Shown here: positions 35,642 to 45,826 of the stretch, piece by piece | Layout of the letters: each line of letters opens with the position of its first letter | Numbering within the stretch: the first letter of the stretch is position 1 | IMG/VR virus record: IMGVR_UViG_3300028914_000001 | Coordinates: 93,489-157,488 of that record | DNA length: 64,000 bases | DNA from: a virus | Lineage: Duplodnaviria > Heunggongvirae > Uroviricota > Caudoviricetes | Reading direction: 5' to 3' (one strand) | The notes under the pieces: model-generated | Told to the model about the DNA's origin: nothing | Database searches by the model: none | What the model saw: the letters and a program-made list of their open reading frames with translations, nothing else | Translations under genes and position numbers: made by a program

Positions 35642-36241
35642 TTAGGCTTCCTTCTTGGTTTTCTTGGCACCCTTCTTCACGGTCTTCTTGAAACCAACGT
35701 ACTCCACTTCGACTTTCTTTTCTTTCTTGGCAGTTTTACCAGCCTTCTTCTTTGCCTTGGGCTTGTCGGCAATCGGTTGGAGAAGCTTCGGGGCAGCTAC
35801 GTTATCGGCGTTCCACAGACGCTCATGGCAGAAAGCCTTCATGCCTTCGAAGAGAAGGACTACGATATTGTGAAGGCTCGGCACGTCGCAAACGACTTCC
35901 GTCGGTTCGCTGTTCTTGAGGTTCGTGTCAATCTTCACCTTGTCGACCTCGTCGAGCGTGGTCCTTGATGTATTCATCAGGTCACGGGCGACACGGCAGA
36001 AACCTTCCCTCATGGAATTTTCTACGGCATCGAGGAAGTCATATATCTTGCCGTAATCTTCCGTATTGAGTTCGGTATTCAGTCTTGTGTTGCGGGCGTG
36101 CCAAAGGGTATCAAAATCGGAGATTTTGTATTCGTTTTCGGGACGGTCAAGACCCCTGCCGAACGCACGGTCGAAAAGACTCTTCTGTTCGTCAAGTGTG
36201 ATGTTGAGGTCTTTAGAATGGAGGGTAAGTGTATGTTTCAT
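35642..36241 (-). CDS. hypothetical protein with Lys/Ala-rich C-terminal tail
   Basis: KPKAKKKAGKTAKKEKK...KKGAKKTKKEA. Confidence 0.75.
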   Translation of the reverse strand: MKHTLTLHSKDLNITLDEQKSLFDRAFGRGLDRPENEYKISDFDTLWHARNTRLNTELNTEDYGKIYDFLDAVENSMREGFCRVARDLMNTSRTTLDEVDKVKIDTNLKNSEPTEVVCDVPSLHNIVVLLFEGMKAFCHERLWNADNVAAPKLLQPIADKPKAKKKAGKTAKKEKKVEVEYVGFKKTVKKGAKKTKKEA

Positions 36242-36355
36242 TGGGATATCCCCTAAGTTAAACTAATCTTAAAATACATTTTTCGAAATATATTTTTATA
36301 CCGAAACAGTTCTATTCCACCGTGATAAACTATAAACGAAAATACGTGAGCCAAT

Positions 36356-39300
36356 ATGTTCGATTTCAGCAAATACTTCAAAAAGATGTCCGCAAAGACG
36401 GACGCCAAAATAGAGCTAAAAGACGTGCCCATAAAGGCAGACTCGTCCGTCGCAACAGATGACGGAGACAACTCTCTGAACGAATATGTTACCCGCAACA
36501 TCGACTACATCGTTACGGGCATAACCCTCGATGACACCACCCGTTACTACGGAACCGACCGTTATTTCGACGGAAGCACTAACGACAAGAAGGACATGCT
36601 GGTGCAAAGCTGTTCAGTAATTGGCGAGGACGGAAAAGAAAGCGACGACAGGTACGCTTTCAGGGTAGGCTCCTCTCTCGGGGATGCCGAATACGAGGTT
36701 CCACGACCAGGTGGCACCCTGATTTCGACCGTCAATGGGTACGCCCATTACGACGACGATGCCAATGTAGACCAGAAAGTCGGACTTAAACTGAGTGTCG
36801 TGCCGAAATACGCCCTCATAAAGAACCCGCAGCCAGTAGCCGACGATGCCAGCGTGTATGCACACGCAATGGCCATGTTCGGCCTGTTCGGAAGCGGATG
36901 CGAAACGTACAAGTGGGCTACATCCGACAAGTACGAAAAGAAGAACTGCTCCCTTTCCCACTCCACGCTTCAACGCCGCATGAGCAAGGTAGCGAGGGAT
37001 GTTCAGGAAAACAAGTTCGAGGTCGAAGTGTCTACCTATTATGACCTCGTGGACCCGAACGCCGCACCTCCGCCACCAGGAAAAAATGCGGAAGATGTTA
37101 CAGTCGTCGACCTTTCAAGGCGCATGACAGCCTCCGATGTAGCCAAGGCGGATACGGCTGGGTTCTGCAAAAAGATGCAGAACTATGGCTATATGATTGA
37201 CTGCACGGGAGACAACCAGACTCCGTTCTTGCCTTCTCTCCGTGATGCATTCGAGGCGTACTTCCCGAAGGAAGAAGTCGCCGAAGATTTCGAAGACCAG
37301 TTCAGCGATGTCCTTGCCGGAATAAAGAGCCTTTGGTCATTGAAGAAGCACCTCAAAAAATCTACACGGCAAAAGATTGAGAAGGTCTCGGCAGCAGACT
37401 TCCGTAACGCCAGCCCAGATGAAATAAATTACACAGCCGAGGGAGAAACATTCCTGATTGATGTCGAATCGCTGAAATGCAGTTTTGCTAATGATGAGAG
37501 TTCTGACTTGAATAGTTTCGTTACTATCGTCACTCCATACTTCTCCATTGACAAATACAAACGATTCCAGTTTAAGAGGCAAATTAATGGAATATACATC
37601 TATACCAAAATGGACTCGCCTGTCGTATTGAAGGACCTGTATGACGCCTACTCTGGCTCATCAGTTGCTAATGCATTGATATCATACACCGAGTATAAGT
37701 TACCCGATTTTTACTCTATGCTGGAAGGCATTTTTGATACCTATGTCGCACCAAGAATACCGAATATCAAAAAATATGAATGGCTCAGCAATCTGTTGAA
37801 CCACGCCGTCATCGGTACAAAGACTCCGATATCAAAAGCAAATGACCCGTCATTTACTTCCCCATTCCTATTCGGGCAGACAGCCGAAGAGATTGAGGCC
37901 TATGTGAACGCAAATTCGGAGATGACGATAAAGGTGGTCGACTGGTACAATGGCGCCAAATATGATACCGAAACCAACGTGGCGTCGACTGCACGCAAGG
38001 AGCTCATCCCGTTGTTCCAGGCGGATTCATCCATCACGTCATCGCACTTGCACGACAAGATAGACATTGTCGATGACATCGACGACATCGTAGATACTTT
38101 CGACTCCGTCATCACGGCACTGGCATTTCTGCACCCATCGGCTGCTGCCATCTTGAAGATAAGGCTGAACTCGTTGAAGCGTGAAGTTGACGACTTCAAC
38201 CGTGTAATCAACCGCATAAAATACTTCGAGTATTACACTGCCGATTCAGTGTTTGAAAGCAAGGAACGCCTCCTCTCCGATGCGCAGTGCTATCGTGTTA
38301 CCAACGGAATTCCAATCACGGCCAATTACCCGGCAAGACTGCTGATTCCTACCCGCCTGTACAAAAAGGTCAAGAAGAAGATTCGTTTCCTCTACTTCTG
38401 GAAAACCATAACCAGAACAAAGTACATCGGCACACGCTGGACGGAAATCAGGTTCATCAATGTCGGGCTGTACAGCAAGTATCCGAAGGACATGAGGATA
38501 CCCAAGCGCATGATACCGTTCGAGTCCAGTTACACATACGGAACCAGCATTATTGTCAACAGGGAAATTCCTAGCGACCTCGAACCGGGAAAGAAGGTAT
38601 CGCTCAAAGTCGAGAACTTCGCAGATGAACTTTCCGCCACGATAACCGATGCCCATACGATAACTCTCGATTCTATCGCAGCAATACCGAAGACTGGAAA
38701 TACCCAATACTTCATGGTGGGCCTCGACGACACCAAGAGCGGCGACGAGACATCCCAGGTGAATATCGAGTACAACCTTCCATACTTCCCGTATGACGAG
38801 GAAATACGTGGATACGCATTCGGTTCCTACGGCCCGTTCGACCAGTCGAGATATGCAATCAAGGACCGCAGCGGTAGCTTCGGTTCCGGCAAGGACGGCT
38901 GGAAAATCTTCTACGATACCAGCAAGGAAATTTCCGCACTGAGGAAGGGAATAAACATATATCCATGTGTAGCCCACCTTGTCAAAATCTTGAAGGACGA
39001 GTTCGGAAAGGAAAAGGTCGAACTGGTAGAGACCACACGCTCTGTCGATGACCAGAGGGCAAGGTGCCTAGGCGGAAGCGAGAGCGCTTTCCTCTCATGG
39101 CACAACTACGGACTTGCTGCCAAAATAATGATTTATCAGGATGACAAGAAGACCCCAATCAAGGACGGAAGCGACGACATGATGAAGCTCGTCGATATCG
39201 CCCGTACGTTCACCGACGATTGCCTGAACGGCAAGTACGGTACAAGGTTCAATGTTGTCTGGTGCGGTCGCCTTACTGTCGGTGCCGACCTGTTCGACTG

Positions 39301-40576
39301 GGAGTTTCTACCGATAGGAGTGAACCACAAGGACGCACCCAAGTTCCGTGACAGCCTGATTTCCCAGAGAGACCCGGTAGTAGATTTCTCCTATGTTCAG
39401 GCAAGTAAATATGCGAAAGCCCCTACTCCCGAATTACAGAAATCAAAGACAATCCAATGGATTTCAAACAAGTCGTCCGTTTATCAAAACGCCGACACTT
39501 TTGGTGGTGTAAGGTACGTAAGTCCCAAGTCTATTCGTAACTTCAATTTCCCTAAGAACCTCCCGCTTATCAACCTGATTGAATATCTAAGGATGATTCA
39601 GTTGAAGATGGACGCTTACGGAACGAAGATGCCGAACAAGGGCGACATGTACGAATGGCTCAACAAGAACAAGATGGCATACCAGCAGTTGCTCGTGTAT
39701 TTCGGCATGATGGGCAACCTGCAGTCATTCCGAGCCCTTCTCGCTGGCGAATACATCAGCCGATACAAGCCAATCGTTCTAAGCTATTATTCGACAGACC
39801 CGATTGCATTCGTCAAGAACTTCCTCGGAGATGAATACTACAAAATTCAACTCCGGGCTGACGACATGATTGATGCGTCGTACATTACACTATCAGACGG
39901 AAGACTACACATCCCGTGCGGAGACGGCAGGCCCAACCTTCCTCTGTCAGTAGACAACATGTTCGACCAGAAACAGGTCACGAAAGATAATTACCAACGG
40001 GGTCGCTGGGTTGACGGAATCTTCGTTCCGGCAACAAAGGAAGACGAATATGTTTCCAAGACATCAGTCATCGGTGGTTACAACAACTTTGTTGCAGTCG
40101 GCGGGGATGCCTATATCCTGCATGCATTCATCGGAGACCAGATTAAACAAGAGTTCGATGCAATAGTCAAGATGTTCGAAGGATACAACGGAGAACTGAT
40201 GTTCGACTCGTTCTACAACGGACCGTATGCAGACAAGTACGAGCAGCTCGAAAACGAGTTCGGCATCATCGCAAAGCAAGACCTCATTGATTTCGACAAG
40301 TTGAAGGGAATGCTTACCGTCGCCAACATAAACGACCAGAAAACTGAATCTGGTACAACTCCAATCAGCACTGACGAAGAAACTGGGTACAAGGATATAT
40401 ATGAAAAGGTGGTATCGAACGCCGAAGTCGCTGGAATGAAACTAGCATCACTTAGCTCAGAACACCTTGAAGTCAACCCTCCGAAAGCAGAGACCGTAAC
40501 AATAGAAGATGTCTATAAGATAATCAACAACGGCATTGCCCCAACGGCAAACGACATAATTAAATCAACGCATTAA
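36356..40576 (+). CDS. large virion protein with an internal M15C-like peptidase domain
   Basis: 1406 aa; ETTRSVDDQ...SWHNYGLAA; TATAAAC motifs at 36324-36339. Confidence 0.65.
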   Translation: MFDFSKYFKKMSAKTDAKIELKDVPIKADSSVATDDGDNSLNEYVTRNIDYIVTGITLDDTTRYYGTDRYFDGSTNDKKDMLVQSCSVIGEDGKESDDRYAFRVGSSLGDAEYEVPRPGGTLISTVNGYAHYDDDANVDQKVGLKLSVVPKYALIKNPQPVADDASVYAHAMAMFGLFGSGCETYKWATSDKYEKKNCSLSHSTLQRRMSKVARDVQENKFEVEVSTYYDLVDPNAAPPPPGKNAEDVTVVDLSRRMTASDVAKADTAGFCKKMQNYGYMIDCTGDNQTPFLPSLRDAFEAYFPKEEVAEDFEDQFSDVLAGIKSLWSLKKHLKKSTRQKIEKVSAADFRNASPDEINYTAEGETFLIDVESLKCSFANDESSDLNSFVTIVTPYFSIDKYKRFQFKRQINGIYIYTKMDSPVVLKDLYDAYSGSSVANALISYTEYKLPDFYSMLEGIFDTYVAPRIPNIKKYEWLSNLLNHAVIGTKTPISKANDPSFTSPFLFGQTAEEIEAYVNANSEMTIKVVDWYNGAKYDTETNVASTARKELIPLFQADSSITSSHLHDKIDIVDDIDDIVDTFDSVITALAFLHPSAAAILKIRLNSLKREVDDFNRVINRIKYFEYYTADSVFESKERLLSDAQCYRVTNGIPITANYPARLLIPTRLYKKVKKKIRFLYFWKTITRTKYIGTRWTEIRFINVGLYSKYPKDMRIPKRMIPFESSYTYGTSIIVNREIPSDLEPGKKVSLKVENFADELSATITDAHTITLDSIAAIPKTGNTQYFMVGLDDTKSGDETSQVNIEYNLPYFPYDEEIRGYAFGSYGPFDQSRYAIKDRSGSFGSGKDGWKIFYDTSKEISALRKGINIYPCVAHLVKILKDEFGKEKVELVETTRSVDDQRARCLGGSESAFLSWHNYGLAAKIMIYQDDKKTPIKDGSDDMMKLVDIARTFTDDCLNGKYGTRFNVVWCGRLTVGADLFDWEFLPIGVNHKDAPKFRDSLISQRDPVVDFSYVQASKYAKAPTPELQKSKTIQWISNKSSVYQNADTFGGVRYVSPKSIRNFNFPKNLPLINLIEYLRMIQLKMDAYGTKMPNKGDMYEWLNKNKMAYQQLLVYFGMMGNLQSFRALLAGEYISRYKPIVLSYYSTDPIAFVKNFLGDEYYKIQLRADDMIDASYITLSDGRLHIPCGDGRPNLPLSVDNMFDQKQVTKDNYQRGRWVDGIFVPATKEDEYVSKTSVIGGYNNFVAVGGDAYILHAFIGDQIKQEFDAIVKMFEGYNGELMFDSFYNGPYADKYEQLENEFGIIAKQDLIDFDKLKGMLTVANINDQKTESGTTPISTDEETGYKDIYEKVVSNAEVAGMKLASLSSEHLEVNPPKAETVTIEDVYKIINNGIAPTANDIIKSTH

Positions 40577-41660
40577 ACTGGCCTGCCTTTTCCTTGGCCT
40601 TTCTGCGTTCTTCCTTTTCTATGGCACGCATCTTTGCGTTTACTTCCTGCCTGTGCTTCACGTTGGCCTGGTGGATGCTACGTCTTACCGCACGGTTGTA
40701 TTCAAGCCTTTTCTGTGATACATGGCCATTTTCAACGAAGTCTTCTGGGTTCATTCCAAGGACTTCACCCACCATGATTTCTTCGTCAGACATCGTACAT
40801 AGTGCATTCTTTCTTGCCGTAGCATTTACACGGGCCTCGTCCACCCTCTTCTTGATGTTGTCGAAGATTCCGTACATGACATTGAAGTTCTTTTTCAAAT
40901 ACTGCACAAGACGGGCACCCGTCATCGGAGTCCTCGAAATCAAACCTTCGGGAACAACCCTGCGGTTCATCCACAGTTTCTTCTTCACTTCACATGGGAC
41001 GATGATAAATAGTCCGTCAGCCGTGATTTTCACAAGGGTGATATGTTCAGGGTTTGCCGCCCAGCAAATGCTCCTTTCTTCCATTTGCCCGTTGGAGTCA
41101 TACTTGATACTTACCGTTTCGTCGCATGTGAATATAACACCCCAGTAGTAACCATGGGTGTCTCTCGGTCTGACCGTACCCAGCTTCCTTGCATAGATAT
41201 ATCCATTACGGCGACCGCCGACTTCTTCAGGCTTGGAGTTAGTCTCAATTTTCATGAACGAGTTAAGGTTCGGATTCCCGTGATATACCTGAGTTTCCAC
41301 AATGTTCCTCGCCTTCACCTCCGACTTCATCAGGTCTATGTACCAAACATTCGGGGGTTCCTCATGGTAGCCGCTAGTATGGTAGAAAATGTTAAGAGTA
41401 CCGTTTACAAAGTCTATCCAGTTCTGGTCCGTGCTTGTCTGGAAATCAAACTTTTTAAACCAGTCTTCATATTCCTTCTGCACTGCGGTCGGAAGCGATT
41501 CCACCGTAACGAACCCCTGCAACTTGTCTGGTGAACGATTGTACTGCGGAGCGACTTTCTTTATCCAATAATCAAGAACGATATCCTTATGGTCCTTCCA
41601 GTTGATACCATCATTCAAATAGTTAAACAAACGGATTCCGGCAAGCTTCTTCGACTTCAT
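40560..41660 (-). CDS. hypothetical protein
   Basis: 366 aa; TATAAACTA at 41682-41690. Confidence 0.75.
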   Translation of the reverse strand: MKSKKLAGIRLFNYLNDGINWKDHKDIVLDYWIKKVAPQYNRSPDKLQGFVTVESLPTAVQKEYEDWFKKFDFQTSTDQNWIDFVNGTLNIFYHTSGYHEEPPNVWYIDLMKSEVKARNIVETQVYHGNPNLNSFMKIETNSKPEEVGGRRNGYIYARKLGTVRPRDTHGYYWGVIFTCDETVSIKYDSNGQMEERSICWAANPEHITLVKITADGLFIIVPCEVKKKLWMNRRVVPEGLISRTPMTGARLVQYLKKNFNVMYGIFDNIKKRVDEARVNATARKNALCTMSDEEIMVGEVLGMNPEDFVENGHVSQKRLEYNRAVRRSIHQANVKHRQEVNAKMRAIEKEERRKAKEKAGQFNALI

Positions 41661-41681
41661 AAACTACCTATCTTTACCAAA

Positions 41682-41720
41682 TAGTTTATACTTCCGCCCA
41701 ACCCAGAACTATATAAACTA
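41682..41720. promoter_or_regulatory. divergent TATAAACTA motifs
   Basis: Minus copy 41682-41690, plus copy 41712-41720. Confidence 0.6.
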
Positions 41721-41746
41721 TATGTGAATTCAATCGGAATACAACA

Positions 41747-42694
41747 ATGCAGAACGAAGAACTTTCCATTTTTGAATCACAGTCCTTGTTTGAGGAGATA
41801 AACCAGCAGTGCAAGGCCATTGCCAATCTGCCCCCAGACGAAGATGACACACCGAATGACGAAGAGGACATTGCGGTTGTCGTCAGGGCCAGCCCGCATG
41901 AGAATGAAAACGCACCCCTATATAGGGCATACGGGATTTCCGGCGAACAAATAAACACCAAGAAAGGACCGATTTTCAGTGCAACAGACGACCATGAACT
42001 TACCACCAAAGACAAGGAAACCATCTGTGAGTGCGGTCTTGGTCTGAACACCATGAATGCCATCCATGCGATGAAGAACATCAACGCTCTCGAATCGCTT
42101 GGTTACGAAGCACCGTACAATGTTGGCGATACCGTCCACTTGAAGAACCAGGACATGCCGCACATCTTCGTCATTGTATCGACCGACGGTGACGGATATG
42201 AGCTCGCAAAGCCGACAAACAACTGTGCCGAAATGCGTACCTGCGGTGACGGCTGCTGGCCAAGAATGCACTGTTCCGCCGACGAAATCGACAAGAAGAC
42301 GATGTACGACCTCATGGCAATCGTGAACATTCTCAAGGAGAACGAGGCGTGTGACAAACAGATGAAGGAAAAGCTCTGCCCGACCCTCATCCCGGAGTAT
42401 GACACTACTCGACTCGGAATGCATCAGCTCCATGAAGCCCAGATTTCTACGGTGGATAGCCGGGGCCAAAAGCTGGCAAAGCAAAACCGCAACGCAATAA
42501 TGCACCAGGACCTGAAAACCCTCCACAATAACCAAATGATGGACGAGCAAGGCCACCTAAAACCGAACAACAAGGAACTATTCAAAGGCATATCGGAACG
42601 CATGGACGAAATCTTCGGCACTGGATACAAGGATAAGTTCACTTATGACGGTGGCCCGGAAGTTCAATGGTCTGACGAACCTATTCAGGCTTAG
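41747..42694 (+). CDS. hypothetical protein
   Basis: 315 aa, acidic N-terminus. Confidence 0.75.
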   Translation: MQNEELSIFESQSLFEEINQQCKAIANLPPDEDDTPNDEEDIAVVVRASPHENENAPLYRAYGISGEQINTKKGPIFSATDDHELTTKDKETICECGLGLNTMNAIHAMKNINALESLGYEAPYNVGDTVHLKNQDMPHIFVIVSTDGDGYELAKPTNNCAEMRTCGDGCWPRMHCSADEIDKKTMYDLMAIVNILKENEACDKQMKEKLCPTLIPEYDTTRLGMHQLHEAQISTVDSRGQKLAKQNRNAIMHQDLKTLHNNQMMDEQGHLKPNNKELFKGISERMDEIFGTGYKDKFTYDGGPEVQWSDEPIQA

Positions 42695-42714
42695 TTCAAT
42701 TCAAAGGAGATGCT

Positions 42715-43053
42715 ATGACATTGAAACCCAAAATCTACTACGATGCAAGCTGCCCAGTATGCAGCAGCTACATCCGCCTGATTAAGAAGAAGGTGAGCGA
42801 AGAAGTTGTAGACTATCTCGATGCAGGTTCCGAAGCAAAGGACTTCAAGTACACCGATGCCAACGGAAACACCTACACAGGAACAACAGCAATCGACCGC
42901 ATGGCCAAGGACTTCCCGGAAATCCTCGACTTCATGTGGGTTCTTCCTCCATCACTCAGATTGAAAGGTCTAAAAACGGTTTACAAAGCTAGCGGTGTCG
43001 CAAGACGCACAATAGCAAAGGTAACTAAACGACCGTGTAACTGCGGACATTAA
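42715..43053 (+). CDS. DCC1-like (DUF393) thiol-disulfide oxidoreductase
   Basis: IYYDASCPVC motif; AAGGAG RBS; C-terminal CNCGH. Confidence 0.75.
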   Translation: MTLKPKIYYDASCPVCSSYIRLIKKKVSEEVVDYLDAGSEAKDFKYTDANGNTYTGTTAIDRMAKDFPEILDFMWVLPPSLRLKGLKTVYKASGVARRTIAKVTKRPCNCGH

Positions 43054-43057
43054 ATTT

Positions 43058-43086
43058 AAAACCCACTGAGAAATCAGTGGGTTTTT
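43058..43086. terminator. bidirectional terminator
   Basis: AAAACCCACTGA-GAAA-TCAGTGGGTTTT. Confidence 0.8.
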
Positions 43087-43091
43087 AGTAT

Positions 43092-43529
43092 TTAGTTCGT
43101 TCCGTCGGTTACCTCAATGGTCTTAGCCTCGCCGCTATCAGGTCTTTTCTTCACAGCGATAGTACAGAGACCATCCTTGACGGTAGCGGCAGCATTCGCC
43201 ACATCGTATGCACATGGATATGTCCACGAGAACGTGAAGTTCGGCCTCTTGATGTAATCGTAGAAAGGCACATAACCCTCAGGGTCTTTCGGGGAGGTCG
43301 CAGTAACCTTAATCACGTTACCCTTAGCCTCTACTTGAACATCCGATGCGGAACAACCAACAACGGCAATCTCAAGAATAAGGACTTCCTCGTTCTCCTG
43401 GGTCTCTGGATTCTGGATGACAGCCTTCTTAAATGCGTAAGGGAAAATCGGGCGTCCGTATTTCTTCGGCTCGAATATGTCGAATACCGTTTCATACATA
43501 GCGTTCAATGCAGGAAGTGTTCCCACCAT
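43092..43529 (-). CDS. HSP20/alpha-crystallin-like small heat-shock protein
   Basis: ILEIAVVGC...VQVEAKGN...FTFSWT...AAATVKDGLCTI; AGGAG RBS before MVGTL. Confidence 0.75.
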   Translation of the reverse strand: MVGTLPALNAMYETVFDIFEPKKYGRPIFPYAFKKAVIQNPETQENEEVLILEIAVVGCSASDVQVEAKGNVIKVTATSPKDPEGYVPFYDYIKRPNFTFSWTYPCAYDVANAAATVKDGLCTIAVKKRPDSGEAKTIEVTDGTN

Positions 43530-43663
43530 AGTTATTCTCCTGTCGGCAGTTTGCCGACCGTTGAGTGAACCGAGGCCCCGACAGTTTGTCAAGACCCCAT
43601 GCCATCAGGAGTTTCCGTCAGGCAAATGAAAAAGGGAGCCAGTGCGGCCCCCTTTCCATATTC

Positions 43664-43672
43664 TAGTTTATA
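43664..43672 (-). promoter_or_regulatory. TATAAACTA motif ahead of a structured 5' UTR
   Basis: About 135 nt upstream of the HSP20 ATG. Confidence 0.55.
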
Positions 43673-43683
43673 CACTCAACGAG

Positions 43684-44034
43684 TTAGAGTTCTTCGTCGT
43701 TGACCGAAGCTGTCGGTTCGGCTTCCGTTTCGTATTCCTTTACCCTCAGGTCGTTTGCGGCACCCGTTCCTACCAGTGCAGCATCAAGGCCTTCGGCATT
43801 CAGGAATTCGACAACCGACAATAGTCCACGGCGTATTTCAGCCGGAGTCTTCTTCGTCATTACCTTGCTGGACATAATCTGCTTGACAGTCTTGAGTTCA
43901 GCCGCCCTGCGCCATACTCTCCATTCGTAGTCGCTCATGTCTCCACGCTCGGTAATCATGTAGCCCATGTTGGTATCTCTCAGAAGAGGGACTAGAACAT
44001 AGTTGGCGTTAATGATTTCTGCAATCGTCTTCAT
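43684..44034 (-). CDS. hypothetical protein
   Basis: GGAGG RBS before MKTIAE. Confidence 0.75.
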   Translation of the reverse strand: MKTIAEIINANYVLVPLLRDTNMGYMITERGDMSDYEWRVWRRAAELKTVKQIMSSKVMTKKTPAEIRRGLLSVVEFLNAEGLDAALVGTGAANDLRVKEYETEAEPTASVNDEEL

Positions 44035-44043
44035 GGCCACCTC

Positions 44044-44946
44044 CTAGATGCTAACACTCACACACACTCCCTTTTCGCTAGACAGTATGGCGATAGTAAC
44101 ATGCAACTGGCCGTTTTCAAATGCAGCCTTAACATTGTCCTCGTCAACAGGCTTCGCAAACGGGAATGTAAACTTAAAGTGATTCAACAAGTATGCCGGA
44201 ACACTGGACTGTGCGGCCAACACCTTGATTCTCTTATTCTTCTTGCCAGCAGCAGGAGATTCAGAATGAAGCTTACGGATACCGCTTACTTCGAGGCTGT
44301 TCTGAACAACCCTTACCTTGATGTCACTCGGGTTAACTCCCGGCAGGTCGATGTAACATTCATAGTTCTGGTCGCTGGTTACATACATTTCAGAGAACGG
44401 CGCCCCAAACCCGTCACTCATTTGCGGAACCTGCGGAACAGGCTGCATCTGCATCGGCTGTTGCGGGTAGTACTGCGGCGGCTGAGGATATCCTTGTTGC
44501 GGATAACCCTGCTGCGGATAATACTGCGGTTGAGGCGGGTAGTACGGCTGTTGCTGCATCGGTTGTTGCGGCATCGGCTGTGGTTGCTGAGGAATCGGCT
44601 GTGGAGCCTGCGGTTGAGGCAACGGCTGGGCCACCATCTGTGCCGGAGCCACACGCTGTACGTTATTCACAGGCGGCTGCTGGTAATTGTTGTACTGGGC
44701 AACAGGACCTTGCTGTCTGGGTACTGGACGTTGCGGTTGCTTACGGTTAATCTGCCCAGGGATAATACCGAGCGGGCTCTTGTTGGCCAACTCAGCCGCT
44801 TCCTGAATCTGCCTTGCCGCTTCACTGTTTGACATAGTCGGTTCACCGTTGGGAACATCGCCAACAGACTGACCAGACGTTGCTATTGTTGGTTCTTCTA
44901 ACATTTTTTTCTCTCCATTAAAAAATCGTGTAATGAATTTGAACAT
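44044..44946 (-). CDS. HSP20 domain protein with a Gln/Pro/Tyr-rich N-terminal extension
   Basis: YIDLPGV..DIKV..LEVSG.R...F.F...VDEDNVKAAFENGQLHVTI. Confidence 0.85.
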   Translation of the reverse strand: MFKFITRFFNGEKKMLEEPTIATSGQSVGDVPNGEPTMSNSEAARQIQEAAELANKSPLGIIPGQINRKQPQRPVPRQQGPVAQYNNYQQPPVNNVQRVAPAQMVAQPLPQPQAPQPIPQQPQPMPQQPMQQQPYYPPQPQYYPQQGYPQQGYPQPPQYYPQQPMQMQPVPQVPQMSDGFGAPFSEMYVTSDQNYECYIDLPGVNPSDIKVRVVQNSLEVSGIRKLHSESPAAGKKNKRIKVLAAQSSVPAYLLNHFKFTFPFAKPVDEDNVKAAFENGQLHVTIAILSSEKGVCVSVSI

Positions 44947-45740
44947 TATGAATTCACCGTCTCTTTAAGAAGACTATAAAATTCCTTGTTCTTGGCTATT
45001 TTTTCATAGGCAGCCTTCTTAATCTTCTGAAACTCTGCCTTCTTCATATTGAGGTTTGCCGCAATATCCGCCGCAGGAAGGACCACATCATCCTTCAATC
45101 CAAACGAATATCGCATTATGTAGAGTTCCTTGCTGTCCAAACTGGTTTCGAGCATCTTCCAGAGAGCATCCTTCATATTATCGTGTTCAAGCTCTTCGAT
45201 GCCATCGGAGTTCAGGTCAGGGGCCTCATTATAGATACTATCCGGGTTGTCATCCTTCGAAGTCCTGATAGACTGCTTCAAGTTGCTCATTACTTCGTTG
45301 GCATGCCCCTCACGTTCCGTATAATCAGTCTGGTTTAAACGACGCTTCTTTGAGACGTTCGACTTCAATGCGATAGGAATACGGATTAGGTCGTCGTCAG
45401 ACACAAAGGTATTCAACGCACGGCGTACATACCACACGACAAACGAGATGAATTTGGTGCCTACATGGGGGTCATACTTGTTGAAAGCTTCAATCAAGCC
45501 AATTTTCGCCTCGGCAAACAAGTCATCTATGGACTTGTCACATTCCTTGGCTTTATCACTTGCCATCTTGAACGCAAACTTCAAGTTGGCTATGATGATT
45601 TTGTCGAAGATTTCCTTCTTACGGGACTCATCCGTGCTGTTGGCATACTCCTCGAACAGCCGACGTTCCTCTTCCCGACTCATTGTAACTGATTTGTTAA
45701 GTTCTGCCTTTATGCATGGTGTAATCTTACAGTAGTCCAC
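44946..45740 (-). CDS. sigma-70 family RNA polymerase sigma factor (RpoD/RpoH-like)
   Basis: REEERRL, ANLKFA, DDLFAEAKIGLIEAFNKYDP..GTKFISFVVWYVRRA; region 4 at the C-terminus. Confidence 0.9.
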   Translation of the reverse strand: MDYCKITPCIKAELNKSVTMSREEERRLFEEYANSTDESRKKEIFDKIIIANLKFAFKMASDKAKECDKSIDDLFAEAKIGLIEAFNKYDPHVGTKFISFVVWYVRRALNTFVSDDDLIRIPIALKSNVSKKRRLNQTDYTEREGHANEVMSNLKQSIRTSKDDNPDSIYNEAPDLNSDGIEELEHDNMKDALWKMLETSLDSKELYIMRYSFGLKDDVVLPAADIAANLNMKKAEFQKIKKAAYEKIAKNKEFYSLLKETVNS

Positions 45741-45826
45741 AAAACAACCATTTGTTTCGAGTATATCCTAATATATATTATTTGACAGCAATTCCCTCAA
45801 ACTATTTTGAGGGAACCGCTTTTTCA

